Source: a virus. From it: a stretch of DNA of 64,000 nucleotides. The translations under genes and the position numbers were made by a program. Below are positions 55,524-64,000 of this stretch, piece by piece. The stretch lies in the IMG/VR virus record IMGVR_UViG_3300025009_000896, positions 19,189-83,188 of that record; one strand, given 5' to 3'. The notes beneath the pieces were generated by a model. The model was not told the DNA's origin. It ran no database searches and worked only from the letters and a program-made list of their open reading frames with translations. Within the stretch, counting starts at the first letter, position 1. The number at the start of each line of letters is the position of its first letter.

Positions 55524-58500
55524 ATGGACGACAAATTAAAGACATTATATAACAACCTTAGTGGCTCCTATGACCTTCCTGATTACGAGACATTCGCTCT
55601 TGATATGCAGGATAGTGTTAAGTCAAAGAAACTCTATGACAATCTTGTAGACTCTTATGATCTACCCGACTATGATACGTTCGTGGGGGACATGGGGCTT
55701 AAAAAAAAAGACCAAACTTTTTTGCCTACTCCGGGAAACTTGCAAAAAGATTTTCAGGAGCGGCCAGAAGATTTTTCAGTAGTTCCTTCACCATCACCAT
55801 CCGATAAACGAGATACGTCCGTTGGTGGTGACCTCTTAAGAACTCTAAAATCCACTTCACTTAAAGCATTAGGTGGCATAGCCGGACTTCCTGAGTTAGC
55901 CGATAGAACTATTGATAGGATATTCATGTATCCCATTGCTAAGGCAATGTCTCCTGATGCAACTGATGAGCAGATACAGATAGGTCTTGACACTATGAGC
56001 GAAGGTACGTTTATGGGTTCACAGTTAGAGGCAGTGTCCAATGTAGGAGAAGGTATACAAACCAAGCTAAATAAGGTCGCACAGCGTACCGATGCCCGCA
56101 TGAAGCAAATTGAGGGAGGTATCATTGAGAATTTTAAGAGTGGTAACGTTGGTGAGGGCTTTGAGCAGTTGGCAAGAGGAGTGGTTGGTACTATTCCTTA
56201 TCTTGCAGAGGTAGCAGCTACCGCAGGGGCGGGTACTCCCGCAGTTCTGTCTACCATTGGGGCGACCGCTGCATCACAGCAGTACGGAGACATCAAGGGC
56301 AGAGAAGACCTTAGTGAGGGGAAAAAGATACTGAACAGTTGGATGTATGGAGGGTTTGAGGCCACAGGGGAACTCGTTACCGCAGGTATATTAAATAGAA
56401 CGTTCAGGGCTGTACGTGGGGCAGGTAAAGACGTACCCAAAGAGGTTATTGATAATATGGCTAAGTCCATAGCTAAGAAGTTCGGTTTAGTTGCTAAGGA
56501 GGGAACAGAAGAGGCGGGATCAGAGATGGCTACCCAAATAGGACAGAACCTTACGGCTATGGCTACGGGCGAAGACCCTAACAGAAGGCTCTTTGATGGA
56601 GTATGGGATGCAGGCCTGATTGGATTTATCCCCGGTGCTGGCTTTGGTTCTATACAGGCTGCCGTAGGTGGCCGTGCCGTTGCTACACAGAAAGAGGTAG
56701 ATAAGGTTAATGAGAGCCACGAGAAACAGGCTACTATAATAGAACAGATAGAAACATCTGAGACTCCCGCAGCAAAAGAAGCCTTAGAGGGCGAACTCGC
56801 AAGACTCAAAGACGAAGAGTATGCCGTCATAGATAAAAATATTGAGATAGCACAGGGACTTACCGATGAGGCTAAAATAGAAGCCGGTAAGTTACAAGCG
56901 GCAAGGACTGAGTTGCAGTCTAAGTTAGAGAGTGGGGAGATTGCTGAAGAAGAAATACCCACCATCGAGGAGTCTGTTAAGAGTATTGATAAGCAGATTG
57001 AGGAGATAAGAACTGCCCCCGAAAGTCAGGTAGTTGTAGAACCGGAGGCCGAGGTAGTCCCCGAACCTGTTGCTGAAGCTAAGGCTGAAGAAGAAGCTAA
57101 GGCTGAACCCTTAAAAACTAAAGAAGAGATTACCGCCATTAGTGACAGAATGGGCGAGATAGAAAAGATTGCGGGAGCGGAGGGGTATAGGTTTGAGATA
57201 GAGCAGGATGCCGACCCCGACATGACTACCGTAAATGTCTTTACGGGAACTAATCAGCAGATAGGCGTAGATGAGTTACACGAGGGCATAAAAGAACTGC
57301 ACGATGAATACACTGAACTCGTCCACGAATGGGGAATATCGGCAGAGTTAGAAGAGCCAACTGTTGCAGAAACAGCACAAATTGAGGCTAAGGCCGAGGA
57401 AGCCCCTATGGTGGAAGAAACGGCACAACCCGAAACCACAGAACCTAAACCTAAAGTATCTATTGGTGAAAAGACTCCTGCCACTAAGGCTGAACGTAAA
57501 GTATTAGGCATAAAATCAGAGACAGCCTTTACTACCCCTATTATGCAGGGTGAAACAGAGATAGGCAAAGTTACAGTAGAGGATACCGATGAGGGGTGGA
57601 GGATAAAGTGGATAGACACTGACGGAGCTCGCATAAAAGACCCTACTACAAGGGGTACGGGTAGAGAGGCCATGAGGCTAATTAATGCCGAAGCACAGAA
57701 GGTGGGCAAGGTTGTAATATCCGATGTAGTGGGTAAAACGTCCGATCAGGCTACGAAGGCATGGGATAAACTTGTTGAATCGGGCGATGCAGAAAAGGTT
57801 GGCGAGGGGTATAGGTTTATACCACAAACTACTGAATCTATAGAACCTAAAGTAATATCTCAGAATCTTGGTATAAACTACATAGGAGAGACCGAGGGCT
57901 TAGAAAACTACTCTACTGAGGTAAACGGTGAGACCTATAACTTCACCACTAAGACGGGGGCTACTGAAGGCGAAGTGGCTAAACTCAGGGATGAGATAGT
58001 TAGAAATGCCACAGAGAGACCGAGTAACATAGAGGAAACTATACGAAAGATAGAAGATGCGGCTAAGGCCGAATCCACAGAACCTAAACTACCTGAACCT
58101 CCTATTGAGGAAGCTAAGGTAGAAGAGAAAGAGCCTACACGTAAATATGAGATAGGTAGAAAAGTAGTTGAGGATAGCACTCTCCCTGATGAGGTTAAGT
58201 CAGACCTATTAGAGAGAGGAATAGAATATGTCCCAAGGGGAAGAAAATACACCGATGCAGAAGCTAATGAACTTGTGTCTCTTTACGAAGGAGTAGAAGG
58301 AGGGTTGGATAAGTTAGCTTCAGTGGTTTACAACCTATCCAACGATATCTTGCCGGATACGAGAACTGTTCTTAATGTTTACATAGCTGACAGGTACTCT
58401 AAGCAGTTGAATGACGCCACAACCACAGAAGATAGACTAAAAATAAGGACTAAATTGGCCGATGCTTTTGTTTTTGGTCAGGAGCAGGCTAAGATAGCAG

Positions 58501-61500
58501 GTCAATGGGTAGAGAGCCAAAAAAAGTGGAAGGATATATTAGCAAGAGACCCCGAAGCTGTTATTGTTATTAAGCGTAGGGCACAGTCTAAGGACAACGA
58601 CATTGCATTAGAACCACTTAAAGAAGATGTAAAGACTGCCAAACAGATGCTCGATGAGCTCCTTAACACGGATGAGTTCAAACAAATCATTGAGCAGAAG
58701 GTAGGCGAAGAAATAAACAAGATAGGCACTAAGAAGTTCGGGGCTACGGACAAGAAGAAGATAGATGACTTCTTTGACTCCTTACTTATCAAGACCGACA
58801 AAGCCTTTGATGCTACCGTTGGTATCCCTATTGCCGTTTACAACGGGGCCATGCTGACCATAAAGAAAGCTGTTTTAACGGGGGTGGACTTGGTTAACGC
58901 CATAGCGCAGGCCGTTGATTACATAGATAAGTGGTATAAGGAAAACTATGCCAAGGGCACTATCCCTTCTCCTGATTGGAATAAGGATGACTACTCTGCC
59001 CAAATGAGGGAGGTGCTAAAACCCTTAACCAAGAAGGTAAAGAAAATTAAGTTTAAGATACCCAAGAGTGCAGAGCAATCCATAGTAGATAAGATATATG
59101 CTAAGATGGAGGTTGCATCCAAGCCTCAACTACGGAGACTTATTCAGGGTTACGTTGCTGAATTGGAAGAGAGTGGCGTTGTTACAGAACAGAAGTTTAA
59201 GGACATCTTTGCAAGGGCTATTGGGTTAGATGTTCTCTCGGTAGAGGATGAACAGGTTATAAGGTTAGCCGGACAAAGCATTAATCATGCCCGCAAGAAG
59301 GCCGACAGGCTTATGGAGAAGTTCAGCGAATATCTCCAAGAGGCACAGTCCGAAAAGCCCGACAAGGCTAAGTTAGCCCAAATAGAAAAGGACATTGAAA
59401 TAGCCAAGGCCGAAGCCAAGAAGTCAAGGTTAAGTGCTCAGAGGGCAGCTAAGAAGTTAGATGATATATTAGCAGAAGAATCTACTCTTGGACAGACTGT
59501 TATGAAACTTGTCCAAGCCGGTTTGCTTACCCCGATATCATTGGTGTCTAACATCGTTGGTAACATATCATTCCTTCCGTTCAGGGGGCAGGCCGCAATG
59601 GCTGCCTCAGCTTTAGATGCCTTAGTTTACGGTCTATCCAAAGCCTATACACCTATTATTAAGAGAATAGATGTTACCAAGAACCCAAGGCTCGCAAGAA
59701 TACTCAAAGGGCTACCCGAGCCTAAGAGGGTTTATAACAACTTTGCTTATGCAAGAGGTTATGGTAGGGGTTTTGTTCGTGGTGGCATTGAAGGATTAAG
59801 AGGTTTGGTCGAAGGACAGTCGCCAGAGGACTTACAGAAAAGGGAGATATCCAAAGGACTTGAACCTATAAAAGCATTACTAAGATTCAGGGATACGCTT
59901 AAAGGCAAAGAACAACTTAAGTTTGATAGGTTCTTCTCTGATATGTTAGAGATGTTGCCCGCAGGGTACATGGGTGAGGCAATGTTCCGTGCCCTTAACT
60001 TGGGTGACAAGCCGTTCCGTAGGGCAGCAGAGAACGCAAGGCTATATGAGATAGCATCCCTTAAGGGTCTGTCGGGGAAGCAAAGAGAGCAGTTCTTAAT
60101 GAATCCCGATGCCGAGTCTATGTCTGAAGCAAAAAAGGCGGGGGACATTGCCGTATATCAAGAGGATAGCATAATATCTAATTGGATTAGGAACTTAGAT
60201 ACCTATCTTAAGCGTCAGGGGGCAGACGACAAGGGTAAGGAAATATCTATAATAGTTAAGGCTATGGTTTATCTGCTCAGAACCACGTCGGCACCTTACA
60301 TTAAAACACCTATAAACCTTGCTAACGAAGCTATTGAATATGCTACTCCACTATACTCATTAGGACGTGGCATTGAGAGGGTAACAAAGGGTGACAGGCG
60401 AGGGGCTCTTGACTACTTCGGCAAAACAATAGTGGGATTAGAAATACTTGCTATTGGGTCGTGGCTAATCAGGGAAGCATTACTTACATCTCCCCCCGAT
60501 GATGACGAAAAGGTGCGTCAGGCACAGTTCGAGGGTCGTGGTGCTTACAGATTAAACATCTCTGCATTATGGCGTAGGCTTGGCGGGGGAACGAGTGAGT
60601 GGAAAGACGGAGACCGAAATTGGAGCATACAGAGGTTTGGGGTATTGTCTATGATACTCATGGGTATAGCCAAGGCATATAAAGACACCCCCGTAAAGGA
60701 AATGGATGAACTTGGCATGATACAGAGGAACATAGCGATGATGCCATCTATTATGGCAGGTTCTCTTGACCAAGCCTTCCTGTCGGGGACATCTACTGCA
60801 CTGCAAGCCATCTTAGAGGGTGGCCCGTCAATGGATACATGGTTGGTGAGTTCATCAAGGGCGTTATCGGCAGTTGTTTATCCTAACGTACTTGGTCAGG
60901 TTAGCCAAACATTCTTTGACGACAACTATATTAAGGAGGTTAAAAATATGTATGACGAGGAGAAGGCTCTTGGTCAGCAGATTAAAAATACCTTTAAGGA
61001 TAGAATGTTCATGGGCAAAGACCTACCTAACAAGATCAGCGTGTGGGGCGAACCCGTATTGAGGGTTCCCGAAGGTCGTAACTGGCCGTATATGCTGTTC
61101 GATACCCGCAAGGAGGTTAAGTATCAGAAGTCATCCTTTGGCGTGAAGATGTGGGAGTTCTATGATAGGTATAGGTTTATAGACGAAGACAGGGCTAAGG
61201 TAATATTACCTTCACCTCCGAGTGCAAAGACTGACGTGGGATGGGATAGCAGAAACATGACCTCGCAGGAGGTAGAACAACTGCTTATGAATGTAGGCCG
61301 TAGGCGTAAGTCTTATGTAGAATACTTTATGAACTCAGCCGAGTGGGAGGCAATGTCAGAGGAGGAGAGAATAGATGAACTTCAAATCATCTATCGTGAG
61401 GCCGCATCTCAGGTTAAGGCTCAGATGTTTATGCTTGACATTTTACAGAAGGGCTATCCCGATGCGTGGAAGGTTATCTATGACAATGGACTAATACCCG

Positions 61501-61742
61501 TACCAACTAAGACCGTTAAGATAAAGGCCGGAGAACGGATTATTACACTTGAAGGTGAAGATGCTGCTGAATACTACGATATGGTTCAGAGATACTTTGG
61601 TGAAATGGCTGATGGTAACATAACGTGGGCTAAGGGAGCCAAGTTGTCAGAGGACGAACTGATGTCTCTCACTGAATCACTAAATAGTATGTGGTTAGGT
61701 GCGAAACAGATGGCTAACGGTGACTATTTGGCTAAGGACTAA
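55524..61742 (+). CDS. large polyvalent / ejection protein (2072 aa) with a GNAT-like domain
   Basis: Duplicated N-terminal LY.NL..SYDLPDY.TF..DM; Gly/Ala hydrophobic segment; acidic linker; GNAT-like RGTGREAMRL...SDQATKAWDKL; long helical C-terminus. Confidence 0.7.
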   Translation: MDDKLKTLYNNLSGSYDLPDYETFALDMQDSVKSKKLYDNLVDSYDLPDYDTFVGDMGLKKKDQTFLPTPGNLQKDFQERPEDFSVVPSPSPSDKRDTSVGGDLLRTLKSTSLKALGGIAGLPELADRTIDRIFMYPIAKAMSPDATDEQIQIGLDTMSEGTFMGSQLEAVSNVGEGIQTKLNKVAQRTDARMKQIEGGIIENFKSGNVGEGFEQLARGVVGTIPYLAEVAATAGAGTPAVLSTIGATAASQQYGDIKGREDLSEGKKILNSWMYGGFEATGELVTAGILNRTFRAVRGAGKDVPKEVIDNMAKSIAKKFGLVAKEGTEEAGSEMATQIGQNLTAMATGEDPNRRLFDGVWDAGLIGFIPGAGFGSIQAAVGGRAVATQKEVDKVNESHEKQATIIEQIETSETPAAKEALEGELARLKDEEYAVIDKNIEIAQGLTDEAKIEAGKLQAARTELQSKLESGEIAEEEIPTIEESVKSIDKQIEEIRTAPESQVVVEPEAEVVPEPVAEAKAEEEAKAEPLKTKEEITAISDRMGEIEKIAGAEGYRFEIEQDADPDMTTVNVFTGTNQQIGVDELHEGIKELHDEYTELVHEWGISAELEEPTVAETAQIEAKAEEAPMVEETAQPETTEPKPKVSIGEKTPATKAERKVLGIKSETAFTTPIMQGETEIGKVTVEDTDEGWRIKWIDTDGARIKDPTTRGTGREAMRLINAEAQKVGKVVISDVVGKTSDQATKAWDKLVESGDAEKVGEGYRFIPQTTESIEPKVISQNLGINYIGETEGLENYSTEVNGETYNFTTKTGATEGEVAKLRDEIVRNATERPSNIEETIRKIEDAAKAESTEPKLPEPPIEEAKVEEKEPTRKYEIGRKVVEDSTLPDEVKSDLLERGIEYVPRGRKYTDAEANELVSLYEGVEGGLDKLASVVYNLSNDILPDTRTVLNVYIADRYSKQLNDATTTEDRLKIRTKLADAFVFGQEQAKIAGQWVESQKKWKDILARDPEAVIVIKRRAQSKDNDIALEPLKEDVKTAKQMLDELLNTDEFKQIIEQKVGEEINKIGTKKFGATDKKKIDDFFDSLLIKTDKAFDATVGIPIAVYNGAMLTIKKAVLTGVDLVNAIAQAVDYIDKWYKENYAKGTIPSPDWNKDDYSAQMREVLKPLTKKVKKIKFKIPKSAEQSIVDKIYAKMEVASKPQLRRLIQGYVAELEESGVVTEQKFKDIFARAIGLDVLSVEDEQVIRLAGQSINHARKKADRLMEKFSEYLQEAQSEKPDKAKLAQIEKDIEIAKAEAKKSRLSAQRAAKKLDDILAEESTLGQTVMKLVQAGLLTPISLVSNIVGNISFLPFRGQAAMAASALDALVYGLSKAYTPIIKRIDVTKNPRLARILKGLPEPKRVYNNFAYARGYGRGFVRGGIEGLRGLVEGQSPEDLQKREISKGLEPIKALLRFRDTLKGKEQLKFDRFFSDMLEMLPAGYMGEAMFRALNLGDKPFRRAAENARLYEIASLKGLSGKQREQFLMNPDAESMSEAKKAGDIAVYQEDSIISNWIRNLDTYLKRQGADDKGKEISIIVKAMVYLLRTTSAPYIKTPINLANEAIEYATPLYSLGRGIERVTKGDRRGALDYFGKTIVGLEILAIGSWLIREALLTSPPDDDEKVRQAQFEGRGAYRLNISALWRRLGGGTSEWKDGDRNWSIQRFGVLSMILMGIAKAYKDTPVKEMDELGMIQRNIAMMPSIMAGSLDQAFLSGTSTALQAILEGGPSMDTWLVSSSRALSAVVYPNVLGQVSQTFFDDNYIKEVKNMYDEEKALGQQIKNTFKDRMFMGKDLPNKISVWGEPVLRVPEGRNWPYMLFDTRKEVKYQKSSFGVKMWEFYDRYRFIDEDRAKVILPSPPSAKTDVGWDSRNMTSQEVEQLLMNVGRRRKSYVEYFMNSAEWEAMSEEERIDELQIIYREAASQVKAQMFMLDILQKGYPDAWKVIYDNGLIPVPTKTVKIKAGERIITLEGEDAAEYYDMVQRYFGEMADGNITWAKGAKLSEDELMSLTESLNSMWLGAKQMANGDYLAKD

Positions 61743-61794
61743 TCCAAATAACATAAAATTATAGATTGATTATCTTTGTAAAAACATATTAAAA

Positions 61795-62205
61795 ATGAGT
61801 GAATACAGATCAAGCGGAAGAGTAGCATCATTAATATTGGATGATGTCTATGAAAGAGATATAACGATATTAGACTTCTGTCCGCTTACGGACTCAGTTT
61901 TCAACGACGGCACGGCCAAGAACACTGCCCTCAGGGATCAGATGATGAGGAATGGCTTTTACGTCAAGCCCAACACCGATGGCGACCTCTACGTTATTAC
62001 CGTAAAAGCCTACGAGGATAACAAATTTTCGTTTACGGGACTACAAGCGGTGAACCTTAACGGCAAGGCCGGAGTATGGGAGCCTGTATTGGTTGTTAAG
62101 GTGTTCTCACAGATGGCATCTACCACTACCACTGACAGCGAGGGCGAAGTATGGTTCTCTAACTCTGCATCTGACTTCATAAACATAGGACTCTCAAGAT
62201 CATAG
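61795..62205 (+). CDS. putative structural protein
   Basis: Promoter TATCTTTG at 61771; W.PVLVVKVF motif; STTTTD run. Confidence 0.55.
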   Translation: MSEYRSSGRVASLILDDVYERDITILDFCPLTDSVFNDGTAKNTALRDQMMRNGFYVKPNTDGDLYVITVKAYEDNKFSFTGLQAVNLNGKAGVWEPVLVVKVFSQMASTTTTDSEGEVWFSNSASDFINIGLSRS

Positions 62206-62249
62206 TCTCAATTATTATAACCTATCACGGAGAGGGGCTACCCTTTCTT

Positions 62250-63134
62250 ATGACGTGCCTCAACCAAATACGAGGCACTTCTGTTGTTGATGAGATTATA
62301 GTAGTAGACGACCGTTCAGAGATACCCCTACCTGAAATAGAGGGGGTAAGAGTAATAAGGAATATAACTAACGTAGGTGTAGGGGCATCATTTGATGTAG
62401 GAGTAGAAGCAGCAAGAGGAGATAACATTATCCTTACAGCCTGCGACATGAGGTTTGCGGATAATAATTGGTTAAGTTTGTTGGTTTCGGATATAGAGGC
62501 TAATCCAAAGAGCCTAATCTGTACTTCTTGTGTGGTATTAGGTGAGGCAGATCAACAGATAAGACCCGATAGAAAGAAAAGCTACGGAGCAACTATACTG
62601 TTCTACCACGACCGCAAAACCAACCCTAAAAAGCACCGCAAATTCAGGGGCATAATAGAGGCACAATGGTATCCCAAGCAGAAAGAAACTATTTACCAAA
62701 TACCCTGTATTTTAGGTGCGTGTTATGGCGTTAAGAAGTCATGGTATCAGCACATTGACGGCTTTTGGGGACACCGGAAGTGGGGTACGTTAGAGCCTTA
62801 CATTAGTTTAAAAAGTTGGATGTTTGGCGGTAGCTGTCTGATAGACCCACGTATTGAGACAGGGCACATCTTCAAACGTGCAGGAGCTCACGGAGTTGTG
62901 CAAGACGACCTGTATGTCAATAAGATGATAGTGTCTAAGCTGCTGTTCCCTGATAGCGATAAGATGATAAGGTTTTTGGGCAACAACGCTTCAGTTCAGA
63001 GGGCTACGACGATAGTCAAATCCATAGAACATAACCTATTGTTAAAGAGAGAAGGGTATAGGGAGAAGACTGTTTATCCTATTGAGTCTTTTGTTGAGAG
63101 GTGGGGCATTGACTTCAACGACAGAAATCCATAA
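62250..63134 (+). CDS. GT-A fold glycosyltransferase (ppGalNAc-T-like), paralogue of 7907-8902; true start may be upstream
   Basis: EIIVVDDRS...NVGVG.SFD.G; IDGF...WGTLEPYISLKSWMFGG...GHIF. Confidence 0.85.
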   Translation: MTCLNQIRGTSVVDEIIVVDDRSEIPLPEIEGVRVIRNITNVGVGASFDVGVEAARGDNIILTACDMRFADNNWLSLLVSDIEANPKSLICTSCVVLGEADQQIRPDRKKSYGATILFYHDRKTNPKKHRKFRGIIEAQWYPKQKETIYQIPCILGACYGVKKSWYQHIDGFWGHRKWGTLEPYISLKSWMFGGSCLIDPRIETGHIFKRAGAHGVVQDDLYVNKMIVSKLLFPDSDKMIRFLGNNASVQRATTIVKSIEHNLLLKREGYREKTVYPIESFVERWGIDFNDRNP

Positions 63135-63175
63135 TTTTCTGTTTTGAGTATCTTTGTGAGCATAAAGCAAAGGTA

Positions 63176-63652
63176 ATGCAGTTAACATTAACAAGCCGTC
63201 ATACAAAAATTGTAGAGTTTACACGGGTTGGTATTAACCCCAAGGTGTTTGGGTTATCAAGCACTCATCCTGTTATATTACCATCGTTTGCGAGTGCAAG
63301 AATAGACAATGCCACACCTAACATTATCACGTTAACATATAATGCTCCGCTTGATGAATTATATGACCCTGATACGTCATACTATAGCGTTACGGCTAAC
63401 TATGTTATGGAAACTAACGTCGTTGGGTCAACCGTTGTATTAACGTGTCTGCTTAGCTATGCCTATGGGCAGGTTGTGGCCGTTAGTTATTACCCGCTGC
63501 CCGATGCCCAACGGCTATTGGGCGCTAACGGACTTTATGCGGCTGGTTTTATAGATAAACACGTTGCCAACAATATATTACCCACAACAGTTACCGTAGA
63601 CAGCACAATTATTACCGTAGATAGCGGGACAATAACATCTGATAGAATATGA
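63176..63652 (+). CDS. SwmB / Ig-like domain structural protein
   Basis: PSFASARIDNATPNIITLTYNAPLD...V.GSTVVLT...GQVVAVSY; C-terminal TVDST.ITVDS repeat. Confidence 0.6.
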   Translation: MQLTLTSRHTKIVEFTRVGINPKVFGLSSTHPVILPSFASARIDNATPNIITLTYNAPLDELYDPDTSYYSVTANYVMETNVVGSTVVLTCLLSYAYGQVVAVSYYPLPDAQRLLGANGLYAAGFIDKHVANNILPTTVTVDSTIITVDSGTITSDRI

Positions 63653-64000
63653 AAAAGCTACTGACATTATTAATATTACTACTGGTTGGAGTTACCTCTT
63701 ATGGGCAGCTTGATTCCGTAAACATAGGGACAGCCGCTAATGCGGGTAATGGTGATCCGCTAAGAACAGCAATGATAAAGCTAAATGCAGGGATAAATCA
63801 ACAGAATTATCTTAACCTACACCTGCTATTGCCCGCCGAGGTCGCAATACTTGACGGAGCATTGGTCTCAACCACAGAACTTAACCGATTAGTTGGTGTA
63901 ACATCTGGAATACAGACACAGATAAACCTTAAGGCTAATATAACATCTCCTACATTCCTTACATCTGTAATTCTTCCCGCCACTACTTACTTCCCTGCAT
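63649..64000 (+). CDS. tail-fibre/baseplate-like protein with signal-peptide-like N-terminus, truncated by the window end
   Basis: MKKLLTLLILLLVGVTSYGQ followed by VNIGTAANAGNGDPLRTAMIKLN and ELNRLVGVTSGIQTQINLKA. Confidence 0.65.
   Translation, partial: MKKLLTLLILLLVGVTSYGQLDSVNIGTAANAGNGDPLRTAMIKLNAGINQQNYLNLHLLLPAEVAILDGALVSTTELNRLVGVTSGIQTQINLKANITSPTFLTSVILPATTYFPA

Noticed and set aside
57200-57225. DADPD as an RNA polymerase DxDxD catalytic motif
   Set aside because: It lies in an acidic low-complexity linker with none of the DFDID/NADFDGD context.
55754-60811. Long antisense ORFs within the 2072-aa gene and other structural genes
   Set aside because: Ser/Leu-rich shadow ORFs arising from sense-strand codon bias.
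1-64000. Genome-wide stop-codon reassignment (TAG or TGA), as in some crAss-like phages
   Set aside because: Long genes are intact in the standard code, many end in TAG or TGA with tight coupling to the next gene, and no CUA/UCA suppressor tRNA was found. Only the single TGA at 40201 is suspicious.
1-64000. CRISPR array, diversity-generating retroelement, integrase, rRNA or tmRNA
   Set aside because: No regularly spaced direct repeats, reverse transcriptase, recombinase motifs or matching RNA structures were recognised by eye.

Overview
The window is a gene-dense segment of a tailed dsDNA phage of Bacteroidota with a crAss-like (Crassvirales-type) podovirus head-tail module. Host assignment rests on TAnnTTTG (-7) / TTTG (-33) promoters throughout, plus DUF3127 and DUF4373 genes. 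Layout: small hypothetical genes, homing endonucleases and two GroES-like genes (1-16.7 kb); a glycosyltransferase / radical SAM / methyltransferase / UDP-GlcNAc 2-epimerase cluster (16.8-25.4 kb); DnaB and a DNA methyltransferase (27-29.4 kb); terminase (31-34 kb); 21 tRNA genes (34.1-36.6 kb); then portal, capsid, tail and putative ejection proteins (36.6-64 kb). The main finding is that the tRNA genes form three transcription units. Each has a promoter, a short leader ORF whose codons match the tRNAs immediately downstream, an intrinsic terminator, and an antiterminator segment at the end of the leader ORF. This suggests ribosome-mediated attenuation that turns on phage tRNA arrays when the matching tRNAs are depleted. 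Secondary findings: a recurring 5'-UTR switch/pseudoknot architecture, an in-frame TGA splitting a probable fibre protein, two ppGalNAc-T-like glycosyltransferases alongside Thr-run virion proteins, and structurally atypical tRNAs. All calls come from reading motifs by eye; no database searches or folding programs were run.
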